A stretch of DNA of 64,000 bases from an uncultured virus (IMG/VR IMGVR_UViG_3300007512_002491) (Duplodnaviria; Heunggongvirae; Uroviricota; Caudoviricetes): the IMG/VR virus record IMGVR_UViG_3300007512_002491. The stretch is one strand, 5' to 3'. The notes below the pieces were generated by a model. That model did no database searches and was not told the origin of the DNA. It was given only the letters and a program-made list of their open reading frames with translations. Of this stretch, positions 35,901 through 46,000 are shown one piece after another; the stretch's first letter is position 1, and every line of letters starts with the position of its first letter. Made by a program: the position numbers and the translations under genes.

Positions 35901-37678
35901 CCAGCAAAAAAGTCAGTAAAAATAGTTTTAATTTTTTCTATCAAGTTATCCATTGCAGCTTCTGGATCTGTCTCTAACAGAATAAAGAACTCTCTAAAAG
36001 CTTCAACGACATCTCCCATCATGGCTTTCCATTGTTCAGGATTAAGAAGCTCAGCAAAACCACCCGCAAACTGTTCCATTCCGGGAAAGAGCTCCATGAA
36101 CATTTTACCGACTTCTTTTCCAGCGTTGTAGATAGTCATTAAGACTTCTCGGAAATTATTTAAAATCTCTCTCATTTGTGGAGACTTCATTATTCCCTGA
36201 GTTACACCCTGCAAAAACGCATCTAGCGGTCCGCCAACGTTTGTCATTCCACCAAAAGCTTCCGTAAGCTTTTCAATAGATTTAGCTAACATCACATTGG
36301 CTTCTTCTTGAGTGATTGCTCCATCGGCAGCATCTTGAGCTGCGGCTTCGAGCTCATCAAAAGATAAACCAGCATTAGCTGGATCTAACATTGTCTCGAG
36401 TTCTTTAGTTGAGAGTCCGCCTGAAAGCTCTGCCAACCTGGCCTTTTCTTGCCTGGACATATCTGCGAAAGATTTTCCTGCTGCGTGGAAACTGTCTCTG
36501 AGCATCCCTATTTTCTCAGCTGGATCCGCATTCATCATATCCATAGTGTCAATAGCCATGCCAAAGCTGGCTGCCAATTCAGAAGCTCCTTCCGCCGCAC
36601 TGGCAAAATCGTCCCATTTTTTAGTAACGCTTGCCAGGGATTTAATCTCAACACCAAGCTTCGCAGCAAAAGCTGCAGTCGCAGTTAACTGCTTTTGAGA
36701 CATTCCTCCGAATGTCTCATGTGCCTCTGCCATTTCGGACAAATTCTTTCCCATCTGCTTGACGGATACGCCATACTCTTTAGAGAGATGACCCACCATC
36801 TTTGCCTGCATCTTTAAAACATCGGAAGTCTTTTTTCCACCAGCCATGGCTTCTTTGTTTATATTTGCTAAAGCTTCGGCCGAGAGTCCCAAGCCCTTAT
36901 AAGCAAGCATATACTGGCCAGCATTTTTTTCAAAGTCGTCGCCTAGCTTGTTGAACTCAGTTCCCATCTCTTTAGCTAGTTCAGTTATATCTTCTAAGGC
37001 TGCAGCCATACCATCTGGGCCTCGGCCATAAATGGCCGTGAGAGAAACTCCAGCCTCTCCCATTGCGTTGGAGCCAGATTTTATATTATCAAAAGCTCCG
37101 CGCACATTTTTTGCTTGCGCTGAAGATTCCCCAAACGCGGCATTTAGTTTGTTCATTGCGTTAGCAAAGCCAACATTAGCATTTCCAGCCTGCATAGCTT
37201 TATCAGCTAAAAAACCTATTCCAGCAGAAACAGCGCCCATTATAGCGCCGCCAATATTCATCAAAGAACTGCCTAATCCACTAACAGTATCCCAAAGGCC
37301 ATGGAGAGAAGTTTTTACGCCCTTAAACGCATTCATCGCCCCAACGGCGCCCGTGGCTTTTGGAGCAATATCTGCTAATTCACTAACTAAATTATTCGCT
37401 GAGCTGGCAGAATCCTCCGCGGCTTCGCCGATGTCAACTAGGGTTGAATCCATATCCCTAGCAGAATCTCCCGCTCTATTAAGAGCTTCGTGGAAACCAT
37501 CCATCCTCTCTTGCATGCCTTCGAGATCTTCGCAATCTAAAGCCTTGCATAATTCCTGGGCCATTGAAACTTGCGCGCTTATTTCAGAAGTCACATTTTT
37601 CATTAGCGCAGCACGAGCTTCGATAACTTTATTTATCTGTGATTGGATGTCTAACTGGTGCTGATCGTCATTGGCCAT
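32921..37678 (-). CDS. tail tape measure protein
   Basis: 1585 aa, Ala/Gly/Met-rich and helical, with a central hydrophobic repeat region; downstream of the tube and chaperone genes. Confidence 0.85.
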   Translation of the reverse strand: MANDDQHQLDIQSQINKVIEARAALMKNVTSEISAQVSMAQELCKALDCEDLEGMQERMDGFHEALNRAGDSARDMDSTLVDIGEAAEDSASSANNLVSELADIAPKATGAVGAMNAFKGVKTSLHGLWDTVSGLGSSLMNIGGAIMGAVSAGIGFLADKAMQAGNANVGFANAMNKLNAAFGESSAQAKNVRGAFDNIKSGSNAMGEAGVSLTAIYGRGPDGMAAALEDITELAKEMGTEFNKLGDDFEKNAGQYMLAYKGLGLSAEALANINKEAMAGGKKTSDVLKMQAKMVGHLSKEYGVSVKQMGKNLSEMAEAHETFGGMSQKQLTATAAFAAKLGVEIKSLASVTKKWDDFASAAEGASELAASFGMAIDTMDMMNADPAEKIGMLRDSFHAAGKSFADMSRQEKARLAELSGGLSTKELETMLDPANAGLSFDELEAAAQDAADGAITQEEANVMLAKSIEKLTEAFGGMTNVGGPLDAFLQGVTQGIMKSPQMREILNNFREVLMTIYNAGKEVGKMFMELFPGMEQFAGGFAELLNPEQWKAMMGDVVEAFREFFILLETDPEAAMDNLIEKIKTIFTDFFAGNEGSSMMQEGLQKMWGAIQGIVGWLAKKLAEFMAQIFDALMKSALFKKAATALGMFVGARFALGLAMAAGQAMFVEWLKNKFFPKGAADKIAKTAGKGVGGAVGEGAEDGVRSNKGIIEALKEITEKDIKKAFKIGMYLVAFVSIAMVALAGAFFLVSKILGALSVEEMVKGIVGLASALGATWVMIQFAKMMKKADIMKASMGMLAAAGMFLVSGYLYATGLKLMHGVLEGIPLLRMVEVMAMLGMALLATWGMILLGSLLVADGGVMMAMTALGMLAAGLLFLITAPIFGAGLVALHDTMAGIDLMRMIEVMAMLGMALLATWGMVMVGATLGSSLVAIGLALIGSLAAGALFVVMSTVLGAAMIEFYNAMSGIDATRMILLLSAMGQVLLMVTLFMPIAAALGLVAMASFGMGIAVVKKGFKVIGELASSMAESLVPAIETIGAMRIGDPTAFEKKMDAIFQIIEATEKFGDMAIKIAVLDTIATAEGGEAGAILEGAASFIDSMLGGMVDLIDAMVLMTNLIGEDDIGKLGAMGSLIASISTLMTSLQPPPALLEAMKPSYSVGMLGVSRQAPDVAGIMGAYGGAVVRIMKTMTKHLPPMLKSIMELDLGEDPCKAIQKMQAIAIAIDAIGKMAATMGGMAAEMMCIHENQRHWYSNDASMTDTMKTYNGAIVSIMKSMKQHIPEMLEVVIEAAKKIDNPEKALKSMEVVSKALTAVGSFASGIGSIASLIPEDDSWNPFADDPDRAAQLTNDIRDIVDAVKDAIPGLVEALLSVEIGNPQAAMGKLEVVSAVLERVAQFGRVIKGIGGDMGDAGGALAFAADATNAFDIVTTIITGHGKSMEGKSSMRDLVTAINDLPISRSTGTNLEIAGQMIEHVAQFINHSTAIMETISGTSSLAIGTAVGTAVDAYNAVSQELTRIDPINIDAIMSAVETGLQVNRDQITVQDNGLTIQLSLNVTMEADDLAEVLVEKKLVVAGTGMENQNPN

Positions 37679-37764
37679 TAATATTCTCTACATGCAATTT
37701 TACGACTTATGTAATAAATATCTTCTCCAGAAATTTATGGTGTTAAATCTGAAGCTGTAGTAAA

Positions 37765-38025
37765 CTAAAATGGCCAGCGAATGCCCGTTTTGTTATATAA
37801 GTCTCTTGCTTTCTTATTCTTTTCTTCAATTAAAGCCAAAACTGCACTTGAGTCTTCACTTATCTCTAAAGCTTCGTAAAGATTTCTAGAGGCTGCTATT
37901 GTTTTTTTATAAGCTTCTACTTGGACTGGGGTTCCACGTATCGTTTGAACGGGACCCAAACCCAAAATATAAGCAGCTGAAGCTGCGAATAATTTTTTCT
38001 CACCAGCATTGTTTTTCTTTGACAT
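37765..38025 (-). CDS. hypothetical protein
   Basis: Start MSKKNN after a GAGG SD; late motif at 38042-38048. Confidence 0.55.
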   Translation of the reverse strand: MSKKNNAGEKKLFAASAAYILGLGPVQTIRGTPVQVEAYKKTIAASRNLYEALEISEDSSAVLALIEEKNKKARDLYNKTGIRWPF

Positions 38026-38054
38026 TTTGCGCCTCTCAATATAACTATTACCCA

Positions 38055-38324
38055 TCAAGTAAATCTTCTTAATTTACTGGGCACATTTGATCGAGCTCGA
38101 TTCATCATGGCTCTTGTTTGAGGATCGTTGTGATGCGCGGCGTGAGACTGACCTTGCGATTTCTTTATTTCTTCATTAATTCGATTAATAAACCACACCC
38201 TCTGCCATATCGGCATATTATAGCACTCAATGTAAGAAAAACCGCTATAATACATAAGCAAGAAAGTGTGTTCTAAAAACACTTTTTTATCTTCAGGATT
38301 CAGGCCAAAAAAAGCTTGCGCCAA
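38055..38324 (-). CDS. tail assembly chaperone, frameshift extension (gpT-like)
   Basis: Overlaps the end of the upstream gene in the +1 frame across a T7 run; only a TTG start without SD. Confidence 0.65.
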   Translation of the reverse strand: MAQAFFGLNPEDKKVFLEHTFLLMYYSGFSYIECYNMPIWQRVWFINRINEEIKKSQGQSHAAHHNDPQTRAMMNRARSNVPSKLRRFT

Positions 38325-39159
38325 GCGGCATTTTTACCTCCGAAGACTCAAAACAAGATGGGCATTCCATCCAAGCCTTCATTTCTATTCCTGGTTCGTT
38401 AGCATCAATATATCTTCTCAAGAAAAGAGAGTCTTTAGCTGGCATGCTTCTAATAAAAATATTAAGCTTAGATTTATCGGTAATACCGCCAATAGAAACT
38501 AGAGAATATTGAAGTCTTGTCGTAACTAAATTATCAGTTCTCTGACCCGCCTTCTTTCTTCTTTCAGAAACAGTAGATATTTCTTGCTCATCAGAGCCTA
38601 TTAAAAACTTAAACCGTGCTGTTTTCTTAGTTACCGGTAAATCAACTTCGAACAAATTAGCGCCATCGGAAACTGGATTTATTTCTAATCTTTTGACTGG
38701 AAGTTCTGCAAGATTAAAATCTTGTTTAGATCTTTCACTACATGCTGGACAATTAACTTCCACACTATACTCAGCACCATAGCCCGTGATCCTCAGAGCT
38801 GTCATCAGGGCATTCCGGTCGCCAGTTAACATATTCATAGGCTCGAAGCCTTCGTCAACAATACAGGACTTTAGAAGCTCGGAAATAACCGTTCCATTTT
38901 TAATAAGAGCTCTAGAAGTTAAAATATCTTCTTCTCTAGCTGTCATTGCTCTGATGGAAACTGTTTCCTTTCCATACATCGCAGAATCTACTGGGTAGAC
39001 TACCCCCTTCGAAGGCAATGGAACGATGTCGACTGGAATATCCAAGCCAAAATCGTCTTTCATTACATTTCTAGTCGGCATGCCGGGAGCGTGACCAGTA
39101 GGTCCGTTGCCAGATCCGAAAACTTCGTTTCTTTTTGCTCTATCACTGTTATCAGACAT
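38293..39159 (-). CDS. tail/baseplate assembly chaperone (T4 gp26-like, gpG position)
   Basis: VPLPSKG, RAMTAREEDIL, two CxxC motifs, ends FFWPES; between tube and tape measure genes. Confidence 0.75.
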   Translation of the reverse strand: MSDNSDRAKRNEVFGSGNGPTGHAPGMPTRNVMKDDFGLDIPVDIVPLPSKGVVYPVDSAMYGKETVSIRAMTAREEDILTSRALIKNGTVISELLKSCIVDEGFEPMNMLTGDRNALMTALRITGYGAEYSVEVNCPACSERSKQDFNLAELPVKRLEINPVSDGANLFEVDLPVTKKTARFKFLIGSDEQEISTVSERRKKAGQRTDNLVTTRLQYSLVSIGGITDKSKLNIFIRSMPAKDSLFLRRYIDANEPGIEMKAWMECPSCFESSEVKMPLGASFFWPES

Positions 39160-39212
39160 TTAATCTCCTAAATAAAGATCTTACTGTAATTTTTACCAAT
39201 TTCAGCAAATGT

Positions 39213-39245
39213 AAAATAAAACAGCTCCGTCGTTAAACGGAGCTG
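39213..39245 (-). terminator. intrinsic terminator after the tail tube gene
   Basis: Stem cagctccgt/acggagctg followed by TTTTATTTT on the - strand. Confidence 0.85.
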
Positions 39246-39283
39246 CTAAGCAGTTCAAAACTAAAAAGAAAATGGAGAAAATA

Positions 39284-39772
39284 TCAGTATTGAAGTACGC
39301 AATTGTCGAATCTAATCGTCAAAGCAATTTCGGTTGGATCTTCAGCTGTATAATCTAGATCGTTAAAGTTAGCATTAGTTAAAAAGCATCCCTTAAGATC
39401 CCAGAGCTCCACTACTGTTCCTACTGGATCTAGCATTTTAAGCTGGCAATCTCTTTTATAGAAATCAGCATAACCAGATCTACCAGAAACAGATTCTGAA
39501 TGTGTACGAACCCACTCCATGACCTGTTGAGCTCCAGATGGAGCAATTGGATCATAAAGGGTAACACTGATTGGATCATAATTCATCTTACCAGCAAGGT
39601 ATCTCCGTGAATTAATGAAGTGCAATTCCTGTTCAGAAATTGTAACGTTGGGGCGAGCCGCTGCCTTCATTAAGAAAGCATCGATTCCTTCGATAGCAAA
39701 TATCCATCTAAATTTTCTTTTTGGCTCAAATTTATTTGGAAGCATGTCTTGAACTGCGAGAGTTTCGGCCAT
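39284..39772 (-). CDS. tail tube protein (T4 gp19-like)
   Basis: FEPKRKFRW, YLAGK, LYDPI, W.L.GCF, F.DLDY, LTIRFD; follows the sheath genes. Confidence 0.9.
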   Translation of the reverse strand: MAETLAVQDMLPNKFEPKRKFRWIFAIEGIDAFLMKAAARPNVTISEQELHFINSRRYLAGKMNYDPISVTLYDPIAPSGAQQVMEWVRTHSESVSGRSGYADFYKRDCQLKMLDPVGTVVELWDLKGCFLTNANFNDLDYTAEDPTEIALTIRFDNCVLQY

Positions 39773-39812
39773 TTTCTTTTTCTCCTATGGTATAAACTAA
39801 GTATTACGCAAA

Positions 39813-42800
39813 CTAAATCTCTGTCCCATTATTTGTAACAACGAAATCAAGAGATATGAACTCGACAGAGCGAGTGGGCTGCAAGAATATTTTTCCTCTA
39901 ATAGTATTATTTTCTACATCAGCCTGGGTGGTGGTTGTGGTGTCAATTAAGACCTTGAACCTATCGAGACCCTGCTGTTGCTGAATTCTTGTAAGAACAG
40001 GCGTTACTGAAGCAGAGAATCTAGCAAGAGTATCTTCTCGGTTAGGCTCAAAGAGGAAAGTATCTGCAATTTTTCTAACTTTTCTACGAATATCGATAAG
40101 AAGCCTTCTAACGTTTACTCTATCCAAAGCGCTAGCAGACCGGAGTATTGTCTTTTGACCGAATACTACGACCCCGTTAGAAGTTGGGAAGTTTGTTATT
40201 GGGTTAATATCAGCATCATAAAGTGTGTCTAAATTAGCTCGACTCAACTGGACGTGAGCCCAAAGAGTAGTAGACAGAGCGCCTCGAGTAAATCCTGCTG
40301 GAGCATACCATGGATATGCAACTGCATCGTTTAACGACATAGCTCCTAAAACTGAAACTGATGGTGGACACCTTACATTGGTTCCAGTCGCTGGATCAGT
40401 AATATAGGTGTCTGGGAAGTAAGCAGCTCCAAATGAGCTATCAAGATTTCTAGATTTAAAATTAGTAACAGTGTTATTAACACCAATTATCTCTAGAGAT
40501 CCAGTTACTACATTATTCTGAGTGTCTCTTTCTTCAATATCCATGACGTACATAGCATCGAAACGCTCTTCAGTTCTGTCTAGTGCGTGATCAGTAATTT
40601 TTGTCTCGCGGATTCCAGGAATAGCTAAGAGCATAATATCAGCATCTGATTTTTCAGACATTACATCGATAGCTTTCATGTAAGTTGCAACTGTTGGACC
40701 TTGCGCGTAGCCTTGGTTCTCATCATCCATCTCGCGGGATGCAGCAGCATTATTAAGCTTAGCTTTATCTTCATCGAAGATATTAACGCCGTCAAATCCT
40801 CCCTGCATAAACATCGTAAATTTCATGTATTTGCGAGAAGCTACATCTCCAAAGTCTTTATCGACATTTAAGAAGCGACCAGTTGAATAAGTTCCATCGC
40901 TCTTTAGAAGTGAAGAACTTAACACCCCTGATCTTCTATAGACTGAGAATGCCCACTCTTTAGAATCTACTTTGTCTTCTGAAGATTTAGTGTGAACTTG
41001 AACTCTTTCGAGCGTGAAGATATTGTTATTAAATTTATCTGAGTCTAATACGGTTCCACTAGCGTCTAAAGCTCCGGCGTTATTCCCGACTGAAACGTGT
41101 CGTTGGCCGGTGGCGAACCGAGGAAAGTATTTAGTATAAGAAGCTAATGACTCTTCCAAAACGTTACTAGCGTTAGGGCCTTTTTCATAAATCCTATCTT
41201 GCTTAGTAAACTGGACACCCCAATAATAAGAGCTATTAGCCGTTCTTTTATCTCCTGTGTTGTTTGAGATACAAAGTCTATAAGGGATAGGGGGTTCTAC
41301 CATTCTTTCGCCCCAAGTTGATTGCGCGATTACAGTTCCTTGGGCCATGACCCCACTACCGTCAGCGTCAGCAGCTGAGCCTGTAATAGTATTCATTGCA
41401 GGATAACCTGGATCTGAGAATATGTCTGAACCAGATGTAACTAAGTGATAAGGACCACGATATCCTATCGGTAAGGAAGTGACCGGAGTATTTTGAACAT
41501 CTACTTCGTTGTGCACTTCTACCCTAACGTATTTACTCATGTTTGGATGAATGCCTTCAATTACCAATTTTTGACTTGCGACCTTGTGGTCAAAATCAAA
41601 GTATTGGTGGACATTTCCAATTCTTCTTGCAATGTAATCATCAGAAGTTGGATCTAAATTAACTCCAAGGTAGGATTCTAAAACTTGTTTTTCAGCGTCG
41701 GTGTCTCCGAAAGCCCTAATTTCTACATCGAAAGTTCCATAATTTTCTTCAGTGGCACCCTTTTTAAAATTACTAATAGAAACTTTTGTTAAAGTGTTTG
41801 GATATTGGCCGTCATCTAAGCAGTGGAATCTAAACAAGTTTTTATATTTTCCACCGAATTTCTGAGATATTGCCCAAGGAGAGAAAGCTGTTCGGAACCT
41901 GTCAGAGAAGTTTTCGTAATTAGGTTTAGTAGTCGTTCCTTGGTTAACTCCATCAGAAGCTGTTAGAACGAATAAGCAGGGCTCATAGTTCGAAGCTGCA
42001 TAAGATCCGGTCCAAGCATTGACTGAAACTACTCCGGTACCAGTAACAACCGCAAGAGTTGGAGCAATATCATAATGCGTGTACATATAATATCCAGCTT
42101 GCTGTAGTTTAGTTGGATCTGTGTTGAATACATTTGTAAAATATGAAGGGCTCCAAGGAGACATAGAAGCTGTAATTGTATTTGGATAAGCCGAGGTGTT
42201 CTTGTGCCCGTTTAACAGCATTGTAAAGTTGTAGTGGTTTGCCGAGGTAAGATCTAGCTCTCCCCAACTTGCACCGCCGTCAAACGCAGAGCTTAATATT
42301 CCCTTTGTTCCTGTGGCAGAAGCTGTTACAACTCCAGCGCCCGGCCCTTTAACTAAGTTGCCAGAAAGTCCTAAAGTAACACCAGATGCAACCATTAAAA
42401 CAGCTCTTAAAATTGGAACTGCTTTTGCGCCATATCCAATCCACGAATAATTTTTGCTCTGCAAACCCGCATCGGAAAATATTGTACTTCCTGCAGATTC
42501 AGACATTAGTGCGCCAAACATATATGTTCCGCCAGCTACACCATAGTCGTAAGCATAAACGTTAGTGTTGAGGTATCCTTTATCGTTTAATTGTTTGGTC
42601 CCTACAATAAATCCTGCATTTTTTACTGCTCCAGGATAAATGTCGTAACCACCAGCATCTGTTGTTTGCGATGTAATTCTCTTTTTTCCATCGCCAACGC
42701 CGAGAACTCTTAGATAAGTACCCGCCTTTGCATTTCTCATCCATTCGTTCATAGCTAACGGTCCAAATTTCTCGCCATCGGAAGCTCCGAATGTTGCGAT

Positions 42801-42962
42801 GAAATCTTGGTAAGTAGCAACTGTCACTGGAACAAAAGCTCGACCTTGATTTGCCGTAGCGATTATTCCAGCTGGGGTACCTTGAGGGGCAACACTAGTC
42901 GGACCTGAAAGGTCAATCTCCCTTGTTGCAACTCCCGGACTTTTAAAAGTTAATTCAGCCAT
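39813..42962 (-). CDS. tail sheath protein, copy 2
   Basis: FKSPGV..REIDLS, WYAPAGFTRG, INPI, FGQKT, ALDRVNVRRLL, FEPN, EFISLDF. Confidence 0.92.
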   Translation of the reverse strand: MAELTFKSPGVATREIDLSGPTSVAPQGTPAGIIATANQGRAFVPVTVATYQDFIATFGASDGEKFGPLAMNEWMRNAKAGTYLRVLGVGDGKKRITSQTTDAGGYDIYPGAVKNAGFIVGTKQLNDKGYLNTNVYAYDYGVAGGTYMFGALMSESAGSTIFSDAGLQSKNYSWIGYGAKAVPILRAVLMVASGVTLGLSGNLVKGPGAGVVTASATGTKGILSSAFDGGASWGELDLTSANHYNFTMLLNGHKNTSAYPNTITASMSPWSPSYFTNVFNTDPTKLQQAGYYMYTHYDIAPTLAVVTGTGVVSVNAWTGSYAASNYEPCLFVLTASDGVNQGTTTKPNYENFSDRFRTAFSPWAISQKFGGKYKNLFRFHCLDDGQYPNTLTKVSISNFKKGATEENYGTFDVEIRAFGDTDAEKQVLESYLGVNLDPTSDDYIARRIGNVHQYFDFDHKVASQKLVIEGIHPNMSKYVRVEVHNEVDVQNTPVTSLPIGYRGPYHLVTSGSDIFSDPGYPAMNTITGSAADADGSGVMAQGTVIAQSTWGERMVEPPIPYRLCISNNTGDKRTANSSYYWGVQFTKQDRIYEKGPNASNVLEESLASYTKYFPRFATGQRHVSVGNNAGALDASGTVLDSDKFNNNIFTLERVQVHTKSSEDKVDSKEWAFSVYRRSGVLSSSLLKSDGTYSTGRFLNVDKDFGDVASRKYMKFTMFMQGGFDGVNIFDEDKAKLNNAAASREMDDENQGYAQGPTVATYMKAIDVMSEKSDADIMLLAIPGIRETKITDHALDRTEERFDAMYVMDIEERDTQNNVVTGSLEIIGVNNTVTNFKSRNLDSSFGAAYFPDTYITDPATGTNVRCPPSVSVLGAMSLNDAVAYPWYAPAGFTRGALSTTLWAHVQLSRANLDTLYDADINPITNFPTSNGVVVFGQKTILRSASALDRVNVRRLLIDIRRKVRKIADTFLFEPNREDTLARFSASVTPVLTRIQQQQGLDRFKVLIDTTTTTQADVENNTIRGKIFLQPTRSVEFISLDFVVTNNGTEI

Positions 42963-43003
42963 TTATTTGTGCTCCTAAAATTTCTCTTACAAGTAACTAT
43001 TCA

Positions 43004-46000
43004 TTACATGAACAATACGCCACTATTTGTGATAATAAAGTCAATAGCAATGAATTCAACAGAACGAGTGGGAACAACCACTATTCTACCATTCAGTTTA
43101 TTTTGCTCTACATCTTGTGGCGAATTGTTTGTGTCGTCCATGACCACAGAAAACTTCTCTATACCTGCCTGTGATTGAACTAGTGCTAAAATTGGTGCAA
43201 CTTGAGAAATAAATCTCGATCTTGTTGCCGGTGTGTTTGGTTCGAATAACAGTCTATCTGCTACTTGAACCACTAATCTCTTGACTTCAAGTAACATTCT
43301 TCGAACGTTTACCCTGTCAAGCGCACTCTTGTTGATCTGCAGGGTCTTTTGGCCGAAGATGACGAATCCGCCATTTGGAAAATTAGCTATAGGATTAACT
43401 CTAGCATCATATAGCTCATCTCTATCTCCAGCAGTTAATCTCACCGCAGTATTTCTAACGTTGTCTAATGATCCGCGGTTAAATCCAGCAGGCGCGAACC
43501 AAGGATATGCTACAGTGTCGTTATAACCCAAAGCCCCCATAGCAACTACAGATGAAGGAACTAAAACACTCTTATTATTAACTGGGTCATCGATATATAC
43601 GTCGGGGAAGTAAGTCGCAGCATAGTTGTTATTAACTCTACGGCCTTCAAACTGCTCGGCAGTTTCTCTTACATCTCGCTTCGCAGTGTCAGAATCAAAC
43701 AGTCTATTTTCATCTTCGTCGTACTGCTGAATGTCCATAACATACATAGCCATTGAATAATCTCTAGTTCTATCAGCAGCAAGATCAGTAATGAATGGAT
43801 CTCTTATGCCTGGTACCGCAAGAAGATTAGTGTTGACTATCATTGGATCAGTCATAATCTCTACAGCTTTTCTGTAAGAGAAAACTACGTTGTTTTGGCG
43901 TCCCAGCCCAGACATTGATCCGTTTCCAGCTGTTCCGCCAAGACCGAGTCCACCGCCCGGTGGATCATCCCCAGCAAGACCTTTTGGATCTGTAGAGGCT
44001 GCTCTATCATTCATAAGCGCGTTAGCTTTATTTAAAACGTTTAGTCCATCAAAACCGCCATAGAACGGAAGAGTAAACTTCGCGTAATCTTGGAACCGGT
44101 TAAACTTAATAGAACTAGAATTTATTAAAGTCGCCAAAGTAAGTCTTCCAGACCTGACGCCATCACTAAGTGTATAATCAGTAGAACTATAAATTCCGTT
44201 TCTAATATACGCAGCATCGAGCATGTGCTCATTGGCAGAGCCAGTAATTTTGCTCAAGTTTGTCTCAGTGTTATAAAGAGCTACTCTAGCAAGAGTAAAC
44301 TTGTTATTATTAAACGCATCTGCACCAGAGCCAGTAACTAAGTTGTCTAGTTTCACAATCCCCTGGAATGTTGTATATCCCTTAACCAAGTTGTTGGTTA
44401 AGCTTCCGATATTAGCATCATAAGTAGCGTGAGTTACTGAAGCTGTGAGAGGTAAACGCGTGGGCATTGTTCCCCAATAAAGTCTTGAATCTGCTCTCTC
44501 GTTTTTGCCTGGATCACCAGCAAATGCCGGAGATGAATCCACTTGACCTCTTGTGCACTTAAATCTATATGGTAGTGGAGGTAAAATAGAACCAGAAAGT
44601 CCAGAAGCTGTGTCCCGGTTCAAAACTCCGCAAACCCTTGTGCCGGTCGAACCCCAGCCTCCTTCCCAGCCAGTAATTGTACTGCTTGGAATATCAGTAA
44701 ATGTATCAGTGGTTTTAAGTACTGGAATACCGCGGAAACCGAAAGGCAAGGAAGCTTTCGGAACTTCTCCGTTATATACAGCGTTATTAACTACCACTCT
44801 AATATTTGGAGAGCGATTAGGATATTTCCCTTCGACTACTAGTCTACGCTCTTCTGGATCTTCAGAGTCAAAATCATAAAATACTTTTTTATCACCAATC
44901 TGAAGTCCAATAAATCTATCACTCTTAGGATCAAGAGTACACTCTGGATAAACCTCAATCACTTCTTTTGAAAGGTCGTTATCATCAAATTTTCTTAGCT
45001 GAACTTCGAAAGTACCATATGGGTAATTTTCGTCTGTAGAAGCCCGGAGATTGGCAATAGAGACCTTATGCTTCGAGTTTGCATAGGAACCATCAGAAAG
45101 AGACTCAAAGTGGAACAGATCATATTCTGTGCCACCGAAAGGCTGTGATATAAGAGATGGTGTTCGTGGTGCCGTGTATCTAGTATCAAATCTACCGAAA
45201 GAATCTCTCCAATTCTCGCTTAATCCAATCCCATTTGTAGCGTTTGTACCGGAAAGAATCCCAATGGCGCCTGCGCCCTCGGATACTGGAGCCAATTCAT
45301 TTTCTACAGGGAAATCAGCCCATAAGATATGTTGCTCTTCTCCAAACTTCCACGGATCTGTATTTAAGACTTTAGAAATATAATTGTCATTATTCGGATC
45401 TAAAGAGGCTGAATAAATTCTAAAGCCAGCTACAGCATCATCATTTGCAAAACCTGTACCTGCCGAAGAAGAAATAATAATTTTAAAAGTATTATAAGCT
45501 TCAGCGGTTGGATTATCGTTTCTAGTAGCAATATCTTCAGTTGGAGGCGAATATGAAGACCCCCCAATAGATTCATCCCAATTAGCTAACATAACTCTAG
45601 TTCCTGATGCTGGAATTATCATTCCACGAACTAAGTTGATAACGTTGATAGTTCCACGGGTACTAACAGAAGACAGCCCCGGAAAGGAATCGTTATCGTC
45701 GAAAATTGGATATCCAACTGAGCCTTCAGAAGCTGAAAGGTAGTGGCGAGCGCATAAGAACTGCACGCATCCGCGATGTCGCTGATCTCCACTGCCCGCT
45801 CCGGTAGAGCCAACTACCCGAGACCCGGAAACAACGAATCCAGCTTTGGAAACGATTCCATAATTTTGTGTGTTGCTTATTTCAGAACTGGTGTCGTTAG
45901 ATCCTGCACCAAGTACTCTTAGATAAGTTATTGCATCTTTGTTTTTTAAGTATTCTCTAACTGCATAGGGACCAAAACGGTTTGAATCTAATGTACCAAA

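Noticed and set aside
34827..37664. Long + strand ORFs opposite the tape measure gene (141, 249 and 210 aa)
   Set aside because: Antisense shadows of an Ala/Gly/Met-rich gene, with no SD or recognisable motifs.
39185..39220. sigma70 promoter before the tail chaperone gene
   Set aside because: TTTACA is present, but no acceptable -10 box at 16-18 nt spacing.
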